Assembly: GCA_030690835.1 (NCBI GenBank)
Contig: JAUYFW010000015.1
Location: forward strand, 1 to 62,137
Length of the DNA stretch: 62,137 bases
Reading direction: 5' to 3'
DNA from: Sulfurimicrobium sp.
GTDB lineage: Bacteria > Pseudomonadota > Gammaproteobacteria > Burkholderiales > Sulfuricellaceae
A model generated the notes under the pieces. It saw nothing but the letters and a program-made list of their open reading frames with translations, was not told the DNA's origin and did not search any database. Below, in pieces: positions 47,978 to 60,919 of this stretch; the first letter of the stretch is position 1; each line of letters starts with the position of its first letter. Position numbers and translations under genes: made by a program.

Positions 47978-49255
47978 ATGCGTAAGCCCATCATTATAGC
48001 TGTGCTTTCCCTTTCCGGCTTCATTTCCTCCCTGGTTGGGGCCGATGAAATCAAACTTCAGGACAATCCGCCCCAGCAATACGTGGTGGTGAAAGGCGAT
48101 ACCCTGTGGGGGATTTCATCGCGCTTTCTCAAGGATCCGTGGCGCTGGCCCGATCTGTGGAGAATGAACCGCGAGCAGATCAAAAATCCTCACTGGATCT
48201 ATCCTGGCGATATGGTCGTCCTCGACATGACTGGCGACTCCCCCCGGCTACGCCTGGCCAAACCCGGACAGCCCGAAAAACTCAGCCCGCGTATCCGCTC
48301 CGAATCAGTCGACGCGCAGGCCATACCGGCCATTCCTCCTTCCGCCATTGGGCCGTTCCTGACCCAGGCACTGGTTCTTGACGGCGATGCGCTGGACGAC
48401 GCCCCTTATATTGTCGGCGCGGAGGATGATCGCGTCATCATGGGGAAAGGCGACAGGATTTATGCCAAAGGCACCACAAGGGACAGCGGCACCAAGGACT
48501 GGAGCATCTTCCGCAAGGGCAAGGCGCTGCTCGACCCGGACACCAAGGAAGCGCTCGGCAATGAAACGGAGTATGTCGGCGAAGCCAGGACAGTGCAGTC
48601 TGACGACGTCATGACGCTGGAAATCACCCGCTCCGTTCAGGAAGCGCGCCGCGACGACCGGCTGATGCCAAGCGCGAGCAACCGGCCCTTCCTGTCTGTA
48701 CCGCACGCGCCGGAAAAATCCATCAGTGGCAGCATCATTTCGGCTTACGGCCCGAATACCGAAGCGACAAAGTACCAAACCGTGGTTATCAACAAGGGCG
48801 GCAAGGATGGCCTTGAAGAAGGCCATGTCCTGGCGGTTTACCGCAAGGGACGCAGCATCGAGCCGGCCCCGGGCAAGCCGCGCAAGAACGCCTGGCGTTA
48901 CATGGACAGGGAATGTGTAAAAGAGGGCAAATCCATCAGCTACGACCAGTTTTACGATCCCAAGGACACGCTCGAACCCTGCAAGGCCCCATCCGACTCC
49001 GCGTCCAGAGCAGTGGTTTACTCCGACATCGGCTGCCTGAAGCCGGGCGCGAAGATCAGCTTTGACCAGTTCTTCAATCCCAAGGACGTGTACAAACTGC
49101 ATTGTCGCAGCGCAAAGACCGATGCCGCTATTAACCTGCCGGACTCACGCACCGGCCTGCTTGTTGTCTATCGGGTGTTTGACCGGGTTTCCTACGCCAT
49201 GGTCATGAGCTCCAGCCGGCCAGTCTACCTGCTGGATGTCGTCAAGAATCCTTGA
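47978..49255 (+). CDS. LysM peptidoglycan-binding protein (TsaP-like)
   Basis: Signal peptide, YVVVKGDTLWGIS...IYPG; def/dprA context. Confidence 0.9.
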   Translation: MRKPIIIAVLSLSGFISSLVGADEIKLQDNPPQQYVVVKGDTLWGISSRFLKDPWRWPDLWRMNREQIKNPHWIYPGDMVVLDMTGDSPRLRLAKPGQPEKLSPRIRSESVDAQAIPAIPPSAIGPFLTQALVLDGDALDDAPYIVGAEDDRVIMGKGDRIYAKGTTRDSGTKDWSIFRKGKALLDPDTKEALGNETEYVGEARTVQSDDVMTLEITRSVQEARRDDRLMPSASNRPFLSVPHAPEKSISGSIISAYGPNTEATKYQTVVINKGGKDGLEEGHVLAVYRKGRSIEPAPGKPRKNAWRYMDRECVKEGKSISYDQFYDPKDTLEPCKAPSDSASRAVVYSDIGCLKPGAKISFDQFFNPKDVYKLHCRSAKTDAAINLPDSRTGLLVVYRVFDRVSYAMVMSSSRPVYLLDVVKNP

Positions 49256-50346
49256 GTAGCGCCCAAGACTCTTCGTTGTGGGTTGCCTTGAGCCTTATCC
49301 CGGGCTTGGGGGGTGAAACTTTCCGGCGCCTGCTGCAGAGCTTCGGCGAGCCGGCGAATATCTTTGCGGCCGGACTCGGTGCTCTGGAAAAGGTGGTGCG
49401 CGCGCCCATCGCCCGCGCCATCGCTGCCGGGCCGGATAGGGATGCCCTCGCCGCGACCCTGAAGTGGCTGGAAGAACCGCTCAACCACATTGTCACCCTG
49501 GCCGACACGGATTACCCGCGCGGCTTGCTGGAAATGCCCGACCCGCCACCCCTGCTTTATGTCAAGGGACGGCGCGAGTTGCTCAATCGGCCCGCCCTGG
49601 CCATCGTCGGCAGCCGCAACGCCACGCCTCAGGGTCTCATCAATGCGGAACATTTCGCGCATTTTCTCAGCGACAGCGGCCTTTGCATCGTCAGCGGCAT
49701 GGCGCTTGGCATCGACGGCGCAGCTCACTGCGGCGCCCTGCAAGGCGCGGCAAGCAGCATCGCAGTGGTGGGAACAGGGCTCGACATCGTCTATCCCGCA
49801 CGCCACCGCGATTTAGCCCATGAGTTGGCGCAACGCGGCGCTCTGGTATCGGAATTCCCGATCGGCACGCCCTCCAAGGCGCAGAACTTTCCGCGCCGCA
49901 ACCGCATTATCAGCGGCCTTTCCCAGGGATGCCTGGTGGTTGAGGCCGCACTGCGGAGCGGCTCCCTGATCACCGCGCGACTGGCCGCGGAGCAGGGGCG
50001 GGAAGTGTTCGCCATCCCCGGCTCGATACACTCTCCCCTGGCCAAGGGGTGCCATTACCTGATCAAACAGGGCGCCAAGCTGGTGGAAAGTGCCCAGGAT
50101 ATTCTCGAAGAATTCGGCTACCCTGCCGCAGCCGCCCTGACATCGCCTTGCGAGCCCAGCGCAGCCTCAGCGGACGAGAAGCGACTCACGCATTGCCTCG
50201 GCTTCGACCCGGTCGGCATCGATGCACTGGTGGCCTGTAGCGGCTTGACGAGTGATAGCGTTTGCGCCATCCTGTTGTCAATGGAATTGGCCGGCCACAT
50301 AAGCAGCCTGCCGGGTGGCTTGTTCCAGCGCAGCAACAAAAACTAG
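49252..50346 (+). CDS. dprA: DNA-processing protein DprA
   Basis: AIVGSR, VSGMALGID, FPRRNRIISG, SGSLITA. Confidence 0.97.
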   Translation: MSSAQDSSLWVALSLIPGLGGETFRRLLQSFGEPANIFAAGLGALEKVVRAPIARAIAAGPDRDALAATLKWLEEPLNHIVTLADTDYPRGLLEMPDPPPLLYVKGRRELLNRPALAIVGSRNATPQGLINAEHFAHFLSDSGLCIVSGMALGIDGAAHCGALQGAASSIAVVGTGLDIVYPARHRDLAHELAQRGALVSEFPIGTPSKAQNFPRRNRIISGLSQGCLVVEAALRSGSLITARLAAEQGREVFAIPGSIHSPLAKGCHYLIKQGAKLVESAQDILEEFGYPAAAALTSPCEPSAASADEKRLTHCLGFDPVGIDALVACSGLTSDSVCAILLSMELAGHISSLPGGLFQRSNKN

Positions 50347-50378
50347 TACGCCAGATTAAAAGGCCAACCCCAAAAATG

Positions 50379-50837
50379 ATGTTCGACATTCTCGTCTACC
50401 TGTTCGAAAATTATTTCGAAGCAGACCTCCACCCTGACCACAATACGCTGGAGCAGGAGTTGTCGGCCGCGGGTTTCGACAGCACGGAAATCAATCTTGC
50501 CTTCGACTGGCTTAACGGGCTGGAAACGCTTGCCAGCTCACCCTATCCGGATAGCCTGGTCGACAGCAAATCGGCACGGATTTACGCCGACGTCGAGCAG
50601 GAAAAAATCGATGCCGAAAGTCGCGGGTTCCTCACCTTTCTCGAGGTTTCCAACATTCTCAATCCGGTACAGCGCGAGTGGGTAATCGACCGTATTCTGG
50701 CTCTGAATGACCGCGATGTCGATCTCGAACAAGTGAAATGGATCGTTCTCATCGTGCTGTGGAGCCAAGGCGCCGCGGAGGATTACCTGTTCATCGAAGA
50801 CCTGCTGTTCGGCGACAATACGCCGCAAATGCACTAA
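50379..50837 (+). CDS. smg: Smg (DUF494) protein
   Basis: MFDILVYLFENY, ELSAAGF; dprA-smg-topA order. Confidence 0.93.
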   Translation: MFDILVYLFENYFEADLHPDHNTLEQELSAAGFDSTEINLAFDWLNGLETLASSPYPDSLVDSKSARIYADVEQEKIDAESRGFLTFLEVSNILNPVQREWVIDRILALNDRDVDLEQVKWIVLIVLWSQGAAEDYLFIEDLLFGDNTPQMH

Positions 50838-50895
50838 CCCCTAACTCCCTAACCTCTAACCCGAGCTGCAGCCCCATTCGGCGCCATTCCCCCTT

Positions 50896-53169
50896 ATGTC
50901 ATCTACTCTCCTGATCGTCGAATCGCCCTCCAAGGGCAAAACCCTGAAGAAATATCTGGGCAAGGATTTCGAGGTACTCGCCTCCTATGGCCACGTGCGC
51001 GACCTTGTGCCGAAGCAGGGAGCGGTAGACACCGCTCACGATTTCACCATGAAATACGAACTCATCGCGCGCAACGTCAAGCACGTGGATGCCATTGCCA
51101 AGGCGGTAAAAGAAGCCGATGCCATCTACCTCGCGACCGACCCGGACCGCGAAGGGGAAGCCATCGCCTGGCATTTGGCGGAGATTCTAAAAAGCAAGAA
51201 ATTGCTCAAAAACAAGATTCTGAAGCGTGTGGTGTTCCACGAAATCACTCAGTCCGCGGTCCAGGCTGCGGTGGCGGAACCGCGCGACATCGACATGGAC
51301 ATGGTCAATGCCCAGCAGGCACGGCGTGCACTGGATTATCTCGTGGGTTTCAATCTCTCCCCGCTGTTGTGGCGCAAGATCCGTCGCGGCCTGTCCGCCG
51401 GACGGGTGCAGAGTCCGGCGCTGCGCCTGATTGTCGAGCGCGAACTGGAAATCGAGAAATTCCAGACCCAGGAATACTGGAGCATCCACCTGGACAGCCA
51501 CAAAGGACGTCAGAAATTCAACGCCAAGCTGTTCCAGTACAAAGGCGAAAAACTGACCCAGTTCAGCGTTACCAACGCCGAGCAGCAAGCTGCCATCGTC
51601 GCGCATCTCATTGCGAACAACGACAAGGCTACCGTTACCCAGGTAGAAAAGAAACGTAAGCAACGCCAGGCCACCGCACCTTTCACGACCTCGACGCTAC
51701 AACAGGAAGCTGTGCGCAAGCTGGGCTTTTCCACCGACCGCGCCATGAAAGTGGCGCAGCAACTGTATGAAGGTATCGACATTGGCGGCGGTACTGTGGG
51801 TTTGATCACCTACATGCGTACCGACTCGGTCACCCTCGCCAACGAAGCGCTGGAAGAAATCCGCGCTTATATCGGCAGTAATTTTAGCGCCGAGTATCTG
51901 CCAAAAGCGCCCGTCAGCTACAAAAACAAGTCCAAGAATGCCCAGGAAGCGCATGAAGCCGTGCGTCCGACCTCGATCCTGCGTACCCCGCAGGAAATGA
52001 AGCCGTTCCTTACCGCTGACCAGGCCAAGCTGTATGAAATGATCTGGAAGCGCACCCTGTCATGCCAGATGAGCCCAGCCAAGTTCGACACCGTCAGCCT
52101 TGATCTTGCTGTTGGCGGCGAGGAAAACCTGTTCCGCGCCACCGGCCAGACCATGGTATTTCCAGGCTATATTGCGGTATATCAGGAAGGCGCGGACGAC
52201 AGCGAGGAAGAAGGGGAAAGCAAGCTGCCGCCACTGGAGAAGGGCGAGCAAGTCGCCATCGACCAGATCGCCGGAGAACAACACTTTACCCAGCCCCCGC
52301 CGCGCTACTCCGAAGCAAGCCTGGTAAAGGCCCTGGAAGAATTCGGCATCGGCCGTCCCTCGACCTACGCCAGCATTATCAGCACCCTGATTGCGCGCGA
52401 ATACGCGCTACTGGACAAGAAACGCTTCATTCCGACGGACGTGGGCAGGGTGGTGAACAAATTCCTCACCGAACACTTCACCCGTTATGTGGATTACGAT
52501 TTCACCGCCAAGCTGGAAGATGAACTGGATTTGATCTCCGCCGGCAAGCGCGAATGGATTCCTGTTCTGGATGAATTCTGGAAGGGTTTCAGCCAACAGA
52601 TCGCGGAAAAAAAGGACGTTGATCGTCCCGGCGTGGAAATACTGGACGAGGCTTGCCCGAAATGCGGCAAGCCGCTCACCAGCCGCCTCGGCAAGCGCGG
52701 CAAATTCATCGGCTGCTCCGGCTACCCGGAATGCGACTACACGCGCAACGTCGATGGCGAGCCAGGCGAAACCACACAGCCAGTCATCGTCGAGGACCGC
52801 GTCTGCCCGCAGTGTAGCAGCCAGCTAGTCATCAAGGCCGGGCCGTATGGCAAATTCATCGGCTGCACCAGTTACCCCAAGTGCAAATTCATCGAGCCGC
52901 TGGAAAAACCCAGGGACACGGGGGTGACTTGCCCGGAATGCAAGGAAGGGTCGTTGATCGAGCGCAAGAGCCGTTATGGCAAATTGTTCTATTCCTGCAA
53001 CAGCTACCCGAAGTGCAAATATGCCACCTGGAACCCGCCCATCAATGAACCTTGCCCCAAGTGCGGCTGGCCTATTCTGACCATCAAGATCACCAAGCGG
53101 CGGGGTACGGAAAAGGTATGCCCGCAAAAAGAGTGCGGTTTTGTTGAACAGGTCGCCGCACCCGAATAA
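50896..53169 (+). CDS. topA: DNA topoisomerase I
   Basis: IVESPSK, ATDPDREGE, SAGRVQS, ITYMRTDS, C-terminal zinc ribbons. Confidence 0.98.
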   Translation: MSSTLLIVESPSKGKTLKKYLGKDFEVLASYGHVRDLVPKQGAVDTAHDFTMKYELIARNVKHVDAIAKAVKEADAIYLATDPDREGEAIAWHLAEILKSKKLLKNKILKRVVFHEITQSAVQAAVAEPRDIDMDMVNAQQARRALDYLVGFNLSPLLWRKIRRGLSAGRVQSPALRLIVERELEIEKFQTQEYWSIHLDSHKGRQKFNAKLFQYKGEKLTQFSVTNAEQQAAIVAHLIANNDKATVTQVEKKRKQRQATAPFTTSTLQQEAVRKLGFSTDRAMKVAQQLYEGIDIGGGTVGLITYMRTDSVTLANEALEEIRAYIGSNFSAEYLPKAPVSYKNKSKNAQEAHEAVRPTSILRTPQEMKPFLTADQAKLYEMIWKRTLSCQMSPAKFDTVSLDLAVGGEENLFRATGQTMVFPGYIAVYQEGADDSEEEGESKLPPLEKGEQVAIDQIAGEQHFTQPPPRYSEASLVKALEEFGIGRPSTYASIISTLIAREYALLDKKRFIPTDVGRVVNKFLTEHFTRYVDYDFTAKLEDELDLISAGKREWIPVLDEFWKGFSQQIAEKKDVDRPGVEILDEACPKCGKPLTSRLGKRGKFIGCSGYPECDYTRNVDGEPGETTQPVIVEDRVCPQCSSQLVIKAGPYGKFIGCTSYPKCKFIEPLEKPRDTGVTCPECKEGSLIERKSRYGKLFYSCNSYPKCKYATWNPPINEPCPKCGWPILTIKITKRRGTEKVCPQKECGFVEQVAAPE

Positions 53170-53184
53170 TTTGTTATTCCCGCT

Positions 53185-53224
53185 AAAATGCAGAAGGCCC
53201 CTAAACGGGGCCTTCTGCATTTTT
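53185..53224. terminator. Bidirectional terminator between topA and gyrB
   Basis: AAAATGCAGAAGGCCCC-TAAAC-GGGGCCTTCTGCATTTT. Confidence 0.9.
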
Positions 53225-53267
53225 GCTTCCCTGGCTGCGCCGGAGATATTGTTTGCTACGACAACGC

Positions 53268-55685
<2,418 letters not shown>

Positions 55686-55718
55686 GAAAACTACCGGCAT
55701 GTGCTATTTCTTGCCGCA

Positions 55719-56825
55719 TCAAATTCGCATCGGCATCACGACATACTTGAAACGGTCATCGCCTGGTACGGTTATCAGACAGCTGCTGTTCGGATCGCCA
55801 AAGGAACATTCCACTTCGCTGGTATCGATGTTGTTCAACACATCCAGCAAATACGTCACGTTAAAACCTATATCCAGGGGTTCATTGGTGTAATTAATTT
55901 CGATTTCTTCCTCGGCTTCTTCCTGTTCGGTGTTGTTGCAGATGACCCGCAAGCTGTTTTGCGTCAGAACCAGGCGTACACCACGAAACTTTTCGTTGGA
56001 AAGAATAGCTGCCCGCTGCATGGCACGGAGCAGGGTGACTCGATCCAACAACACATGATTTTGATAATTGGCCGGCACAACCTTGTTGTAATCCGGGAAT
56101 TTTCCTTCAATCACCTTCGAAACCAGATTGATATTACCAAAACTGAAAGTCACCAGGTTTTTCCCCAAGCGCACTTTAACTTCATCATCAACATCTGCTA
56201 GCAGCTTGATTAATTCAGTCACCGTCTTGCGCGGCAGAATTGCCTCGGCCATTTGTTGAATCGATGGGACTTCCATGCCAGCAAAACTCAGACGGTGACC
56301 ATCCGTGGCCACAACCTTGATCATGCCTGGTTCCAGTACCATCAGCAGGCCATTCAGATAATAACGGATGTCCTGTTGGGCCATGGCGTATTGCACTTGA
56401 TTAAATAAATGCCTCAGGGTGGATTGAGGCAGCGAGATTTCTGATACCTCTTCGTCCGAAAGAGCCAGTTTTGGGAAGTCGTCGGCTGGTAGTGTTTGCA
56501 GATTGAATTGGCTTTTTCCCGCCTTCAATTGCAAGCGACTGTCTTTGCTATCGAACGTAATCTCTGCATTGTCAGGCAGAGCACGCACAATATCCTGCAG
56601 TTTTTTGGCAGAAACAGTTATGGCACTTTCTTCAGGGTTGCCCTTATTAAGGGCGGTTGCAGTAATCTGAATTTCCAGATCGGTTGCAATAAATGAAAGT
56701 CTCGTTTCGCCTATCTGAATTAACACATTAGACAGAATGGGTAGTGTATGTCGACGTTCAACGATACCTGCAACAGCTTGCAGCGGTTTAAGGAATTCTT
56801 CCTTATGTATTTTCATTAATAACAT
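55719..56825 (-). CDS. dnaN: DNA polymerase III beta clamp
   Basis: RRHTLPILSN, ATDGHRL, YVVMPMRI. Confidence 0.99.
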   Translation of the reverse strand: MLLMKIHKEEFLKPLQAVAGIVERRHTLPILSNVLIQIGETRLSFIATDLEIQITATALNKGNPEESAITVSAKKLQDIVRALPDNAEITFDSKDSRLQLKAGKSQFNLQTLPADDFPKLALSDEEVSEISLPQSTLRHLFNQVQYAMAQQDIRYYLNGLLMVLEPGMIKVVATDGHRLSFAGMEVPSIQQMAEAILPRKTVTELIKLLADVDDEVKVRLGKNLVTFSFGNINLVSKVIEGKFPDYNKVVPANYQNHVLLDRVTLLRAMQRAAILSNEKFRGVRLVLTQNSLRVICNNTEQEEAEEEIEINYTNEPLDIGFNVTYLLDVLNNIDTSEVECSFGDPNSSCLITVPGDDRFKYVVMPMRI

Positions 56826-57017
56826 ATATATATATCCTGATACTAATAGATAAGTACTGACTGTTTTTTGTATAACTTAGTATTTATTATAATTTTCAAT
56901 ACGATAAGTCGGATTGAAAAGTCTGTATAAAGCGTTGTATGGCTTGTGTGCAGTTTGGGGATGGTTTTTTTGTTTTCATAAAACCGCGTGCTTATGCACA
57001 ATCCACACACAGCTTGT
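56826..57017. other. Probable oriC (dnaA-dnaN intergenic region)
   Basis: Very AT-rich, (AT)n tract; DnaA-like boxes TTTGTATAA 56867, TCTGTATAA 56922, TTATGCACA 56992. Confidence 0.65.
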
Positions 57018-58349
57018 TCAACTTCTTAAAACTTGTAATAACACACTGATATCTCGTGTAATTCCTGATTCACTTATTTTCAATTCCTCAATTTTCCGAC
57101 AAGCATACATGACAGTTGTATGATCGCGCCCACCGAAAGCATCACCTATTTCAGGAAAGCTTAAATGGGTTAACTCCTTGGCTAGTGCCATTGCTACCTG
57201 ACGAGGTCGGGCAACATTACGTGTGCGCTTTTTCGAGTACATCTCGGCAACTTTGATCTTGTAATAATCAGCGACCGTTTTCTGGATATTTTCAATCGAA
57301 ATCTGACGGTTCTGTACGGCGAGCAAGTCTTTCAGAGCTTCCTTGGTGAGTTCCAGTCCAATCGCATGGCCGGTAAATCTGGAATAGGCAATCACTTTTT
57401 TGAGAGCGCCTTCCAGTTCACGCACATTTGAACGAATCTGTTTGGCAATGAAAAATGCGACATCATCGTCCAGATGAAAACCTTCCATTTCTGCCTTTTT
57501 AAGCAGAATGGCCACGCGCATTTCCAGTTCTGGTGGCTCGATAGCAACCGTAAGGCCCCATCCGAAGCGCGAAATCAAGCGATCTTCCATGCCTGAAATC
57601 TGCTTGGGGTAGGTATCGCAGGTAATGATTACCTGCTTTTTGCTTTCGATGAGAGCGTTGAACGCATAGAAAAACTCTTCCTGTGTGCGTGCTTTCCCGC
57701 TAAAAAACTGGATATCGTCGATCAACAATAAATCGAGGGAGTGGTAGTAGCGCTTGAAATCGTCAAAAGCTTTATGCTGGTAAGCCCTCACAACGTCGGA
57801 GACATAACGCTCAGCGTGGAGATAACTTATTTTTGCGTTGCTGTTCTGTTCCTGGACATAGTTTCCGATGGCCTGAATCAGGTGGGTTTTTCCCAATCCG
57901 ACGCCGCCATAGACGAACAGGGGGTTATATGCGGTTCCCGGGTTTTCAGCCACTTGTAAAGCCGCGGCTCGGGCAAGTTGGTTGGCTTTTCCCGTGACGA
58001 AGTTGGCAAAGGTAAAAGAAGGATTGAGACCCGATTTTTCACTTCTGCCTGAGCGTGCTGCGGGTGTAGGTATGGCTTTTACAGCCGGAACCTTGCTTTC
58101 CTTAACTGTATTATTTTCCGCAACGACCAAGGTCAATTGCACCGGCCGGGAAAAATGCGCTTCACCCATTTCCTCGAAGCGGCTGAGAAATTTGTCCTTT
58201 ACCCATTGCAGAATAAATCGGTTGGGGGCCTCGATTCGCATGAAATCAGCGCCGGAGGCGAAGCGGAGGGGTTTAATCCAATTATTGAACTGCTGTGGGG
58301 TAAGCTCTTGCTCAAAACGGCTCAGACAAGCTTGCCAGAAAGTTTCCAT
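57018..58349 (-). CDS. dnaA: Chromosomal replication initiator
   Basis: [35 protein letters not shown]. Confidence 0.99.
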   Translation of the reverse strand: METFWQACLSRFEQELTPQQFNNWIKPLRFASGADFMRIEAPNRFILQWVKDKFLSRFEEMGEAHFSRPVQLTLVVAENNTVKESKVPAVKAIPTPAARSGRSEKSGLNPSFTFANFVTGKANQLARAAALQVAENPGTAYNPLFVYGGVGLGKTHLIQAIGNYVQEQNSNAKISYLHAERYVSDVVRAYQHKAFDDFKRYYHSLDLLLIDDIQFFSGKARTQEEFFYAFNALIESKKQVIITCDTYPKQISGMEDRLISRFGWGLTVAIEPPELEMRVAILLKKAEMEGFHLDDDVAFFIAKQIRSNVRELEGALKKVIAYSRFTGHAIGLELTKEALKDLLAVQNRQISIENIQKTVADYYKIKVAEMYSKKRTRNVARPRQVAMALAKELTHLSFPEIGDAFGGRDHTTVMYACRKIEELKISESGITRDISVLLQVLRS

Positions 58350-58436
58350 TGATTGCCTTGACGCTGAAACAGTTAAAGCCGGTTTTTAGGGAAAAAAACG
58401 GTTAATGACTTGATATTGTAGTCCGAATGGTTGGAC

Positions 58437-58445
58437 TTATCCACA
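58437..58445 (+). promoter_or_regulatory. Perfect DnaA box in the dnaA/rpmH promoter region
   Basis: TTATCCACA. Confidence 0.85.
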
Positions 58446-58534
58446 GACTGACTGATTAATTAAGGTTGACAGGTGATTGGCAAAAGTAGTCTAATTGCTG
58501 GTTCACAGTCTCGGTAAAAGCAAGAGGAAGAATT

Positions 58535-58669
58535 ATGAAACGCACTTTTCAGCCATCCGTGGTCAAACGCAAACGCACCCACGGTTTTCGCGCCAGGATG
58601 AAAACGCCTGCTGGCCGGGCCATCATCAATGCTCGTCGCGCTAGTGGCAGGACACGTCTGGCTGTCTGA
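58535..58669 (+). CDS. rpmH: 50S ribosomal protein L34
   Basis: [22 protein letters not shown]...; 44 aa, below the ORF-track cutoff. Confidence 0.98.
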   Translation: MKRTFQPSVVKRKRTHGFRARMKTPAGRAIINARRASGRTRLAV

Positions 58670-58684
58670 GCCAGGCTTTATGCA

Positions 58685-59062
58685 GTGAACGGCTTTGGAT
58701 TTTCCAGGCCTAAGCATTTAGTAAAAACGGATGAAATTTCATCCGTTTTTAGTTTCAATTGCCGCTTTTCCAGCGAGCATTTTCAAGTTCTTGCCAAACC
58801 GGGAAACCAGGATTTTGCGCGCTTGGCAGTAATTGTCAGCAAGAAATCAGCACGTCTGGCAACGTCACGGAATTACATCAAGCGCATAGCGCGAGAAGTC
58901 TTCCGTTTGCAGCAATCCGAGTTGAGTGGTCTGGATATTGTCGTGAGAGCGCGAAAAAGTTTCACACATTCTGATTATGCTGCCATTGCTCTGGAACTGC
59001 AGTTGCAATTTACGCGGGTGCGGCAGAAATTTCCGGCATCCCGGCCAGCAGATGAGCCATGA
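58685..59062 (+). CDS. rnpA: Ribonuclease P protein component
   Basis: RLAVIVSKK...[12 protein letters not shown]; position after rpmH. Confidence 0.93.
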   Translation: MNGFGFSRPKHLVKTDEISSVFSFNCRFSSEHFQVLAKPGNQDFARLAVIVSKKSARLATSRNYIKRIAREVFRLQQSELSGLDIVVRARKSFTHSDYAAIALELQLQFTRVRQKFPASRPADEP

Positions 59063-59268
59063 ATCGAATACTGTTAATTATCATCAAGGCTTATCAATAT
59101 TTAATCAGCCCCATGCTTGGCCCTTCTTGCCGTTACACGCCCACCTGCTCAGAATATGCGGCTCAAGCTGTCAAAAAATACGGCGCCATCAAGGGGCTGT
59201 GGCTGAGCATCAAACGCGTAGGCCGCTGCCATCCCTGGCATGATGGCGGCTATGATCCCTTACCTTAG
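59059..59268 (+). CDS. yidD: Membrane protein insertion efficiency factor
   Basis: [10 protein letters not shown]...[12 protein letters not shown]. Confidence 0.96.
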   Translation: MNRILLIIIKAYQYLISPMLGPSCRYTPTCSEYAAQAVKKYGAIKGLWLSIKRVGRCHPWHDGGYDPLP

Positions 59269-59275
59269 GTAAACC

Positions 59276-60919
59276 ATGGATACCCAAAGACTTATATTGT
59301 TTGTCGTGTTTTCTTTCTCGATCCTGTTGCTGTGGGATTCATGGCAGAAGGAACAGCACCCCATACCCGCGCAAACCGTTCCGGCTCAGGTCGCATCCAT
59401 GACTCCGGTACCCAGTTCCGCCTTGAGCGCAACGTCCCCTGCCACAACGCCTGGGTTACTGCCCCAGATGGATAAGGGAGAGAGGCTGCGAGTAAGCACT
59501 GACACCCTGAACGTGGTAATCGATACGGCAGGCGGCGACATCCGCCATCTGGAATTGCTTAAACATCACGATGCCGTGGACAAAAACAAGAACTTTGTTT
59601 TGCTGGCCGACCAGAAACCGCATATTTATGTTGCCCAATCGGGCCTGATAGGTAATGGCCTTCCCAGTCATAAAACCAGATTCACGGCGCAAGCAAGCGA
59701 CTACCGATTGGCGGATGGCGCCCAGGATCTGAGGGTTACTCTGACCGCGCCCGAGAGCGCAGGCATCAGGGTGGAAAAGATTTTTACTTTCCACCGTGAC
59801 AGTTACGTAATCGATGTGGAATATAAAATTCACAATGGCAGCGCTGTTGCCATGGCACCCAATGCTTATTATCAACTGGTGCGCGACGATTCCACGCCTG
59901 CTGGTGATTCCATGTTCGTCCAATCCTATACCGGCCCAGCTGTATATACGGACAAGGGAAAATTTCAGAAGGTGGCTTTCTCCGACATCGAGAAAGACAA
60001 GGCCAGTTTCGAGAAGCAGAGCAAAGATGGTTGGATTGCCATGCTGCAGCACTATTTTCTTAGCGCCTGGTTGCCGAACAATGGCTTGGCGCGCGAGTTT
60101 TATACCAAGAAATTGGCCGATAAGTTGTATGCAGCAGGGGTAATTCTGCCCCTGGGCACGATTGCTCCCGGTGCGGACGGTAGCATTTCGGTCCCGCTCT
60201 ATGCCGGACCGCAGGAACAGGAAAAACTCAGCGAGCTCGCCCCCGGTCTGGATTTGACCGTGGACTATGGCTGGCTGACCGTGATCGCCGCACCGCTGTT
60301 CTGGGTTCTGTCCATGATCCATAAGGGGGTCGGCAACTGGGGGGGCGCCATCATCTTGCTCACGGTATTGATCAAGCTGGTGTTTTATCCGCTTTCCGCA
60401 AAAAGCTACCGTTCCATGGCGCACATGCGTGTGCTGGGACCAAAACTGCAAAAGCTCAAGGAACAGTATGGAGATGACCGTCAGCGCCTGCATCAGGCCA
60501 TGATGGATCTGTACAAGACCGAGAAGGTCAACCCCTTAGGGGGCTGTCTGCCTGTCGTGGTGCAGATCCCCGTGTTCATTTCGCTGTACTGGGTGCTGCT
60601 GGCAAGCGTGGAGATGCGTCATGCACCTTTCATGCTGTGGATTCAGGATCTTTCGGCCACCGATCCCTATTACGTCCTGCCCATCATCATGGGTGTAACC
60701 ATGCTGATTCAGACCAAGCTTAATCCGACGCCGCCGGACCCTATTCAGGCCAAGGTCATGATGGTGATGCCGTTTGCCTTCAGTATTTTCTTCTTTTTCT
60801 TCCCCGCCGGTCTGGTGCTGTATTGGGTCGTGAACAACACGCTCTCGATCGCCCAGCAGTGGCAGATCACGCGCAAAGCAGAACAGGAACAGGCCGCCAA
60901 GGGGCATGGCAAACGCTGA
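59276..60919 (+). CDS. yidC: Membrane protein insertase
   Basis: [23 protein letters not shown]. Confidence 0.98.
   Translation: MDTQRLILFVVFSFSILLLWDSWQKEQHPIPAQTVPAQVASMTPVPSSALSATSPATTPGLLPQMDKGERLRVSTDTLNVVIDTAGGDIRHLELLKHHDAVDKNKNFVLLADQKPHIYVAQSGLIGNGLPSHKTRFTAQASDYRLADGAQDLRVTLTAPESAGIRVEKIFTFHRDSYVIDVEYKIHNGSAVAMAPNAYYQLVRDDSTPAGDSMFVQSYTGPAVYTDKGKFQKVAFSDIEKDKASFEKQSKDGWIAMLQHYFLSAWLPNNGLAREFYTKKLADKLYAAGVILPLGTIAPGADGSISVPLYAGPQEQEKLSELAPGLDLTVDYGWLTVIAAPLFWVLSMIHKGVGNWGGAIILLTVLIKLVFYPLSAKSYRSMAHMRVLGPKLQKLKEQYGDDRQRLHQAMMDLYKTEKVNPLGGCLPVVVQIPVFISLYWVLLASVEMRHAPFMLWIQDLSATDPYYVLPIIMGVTMLIQTKLNPTPPDPIQAKVMMVMPFAFSIFFFFFPAGLVLYWVVNNTLSIAQQWQITRKAEQEQAAKGHGKR

Noticed and set aside
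50834-50862. CTAAC-type short tandem repeat between smg and topA
   Set aside because: Too short and degenerate to support a function
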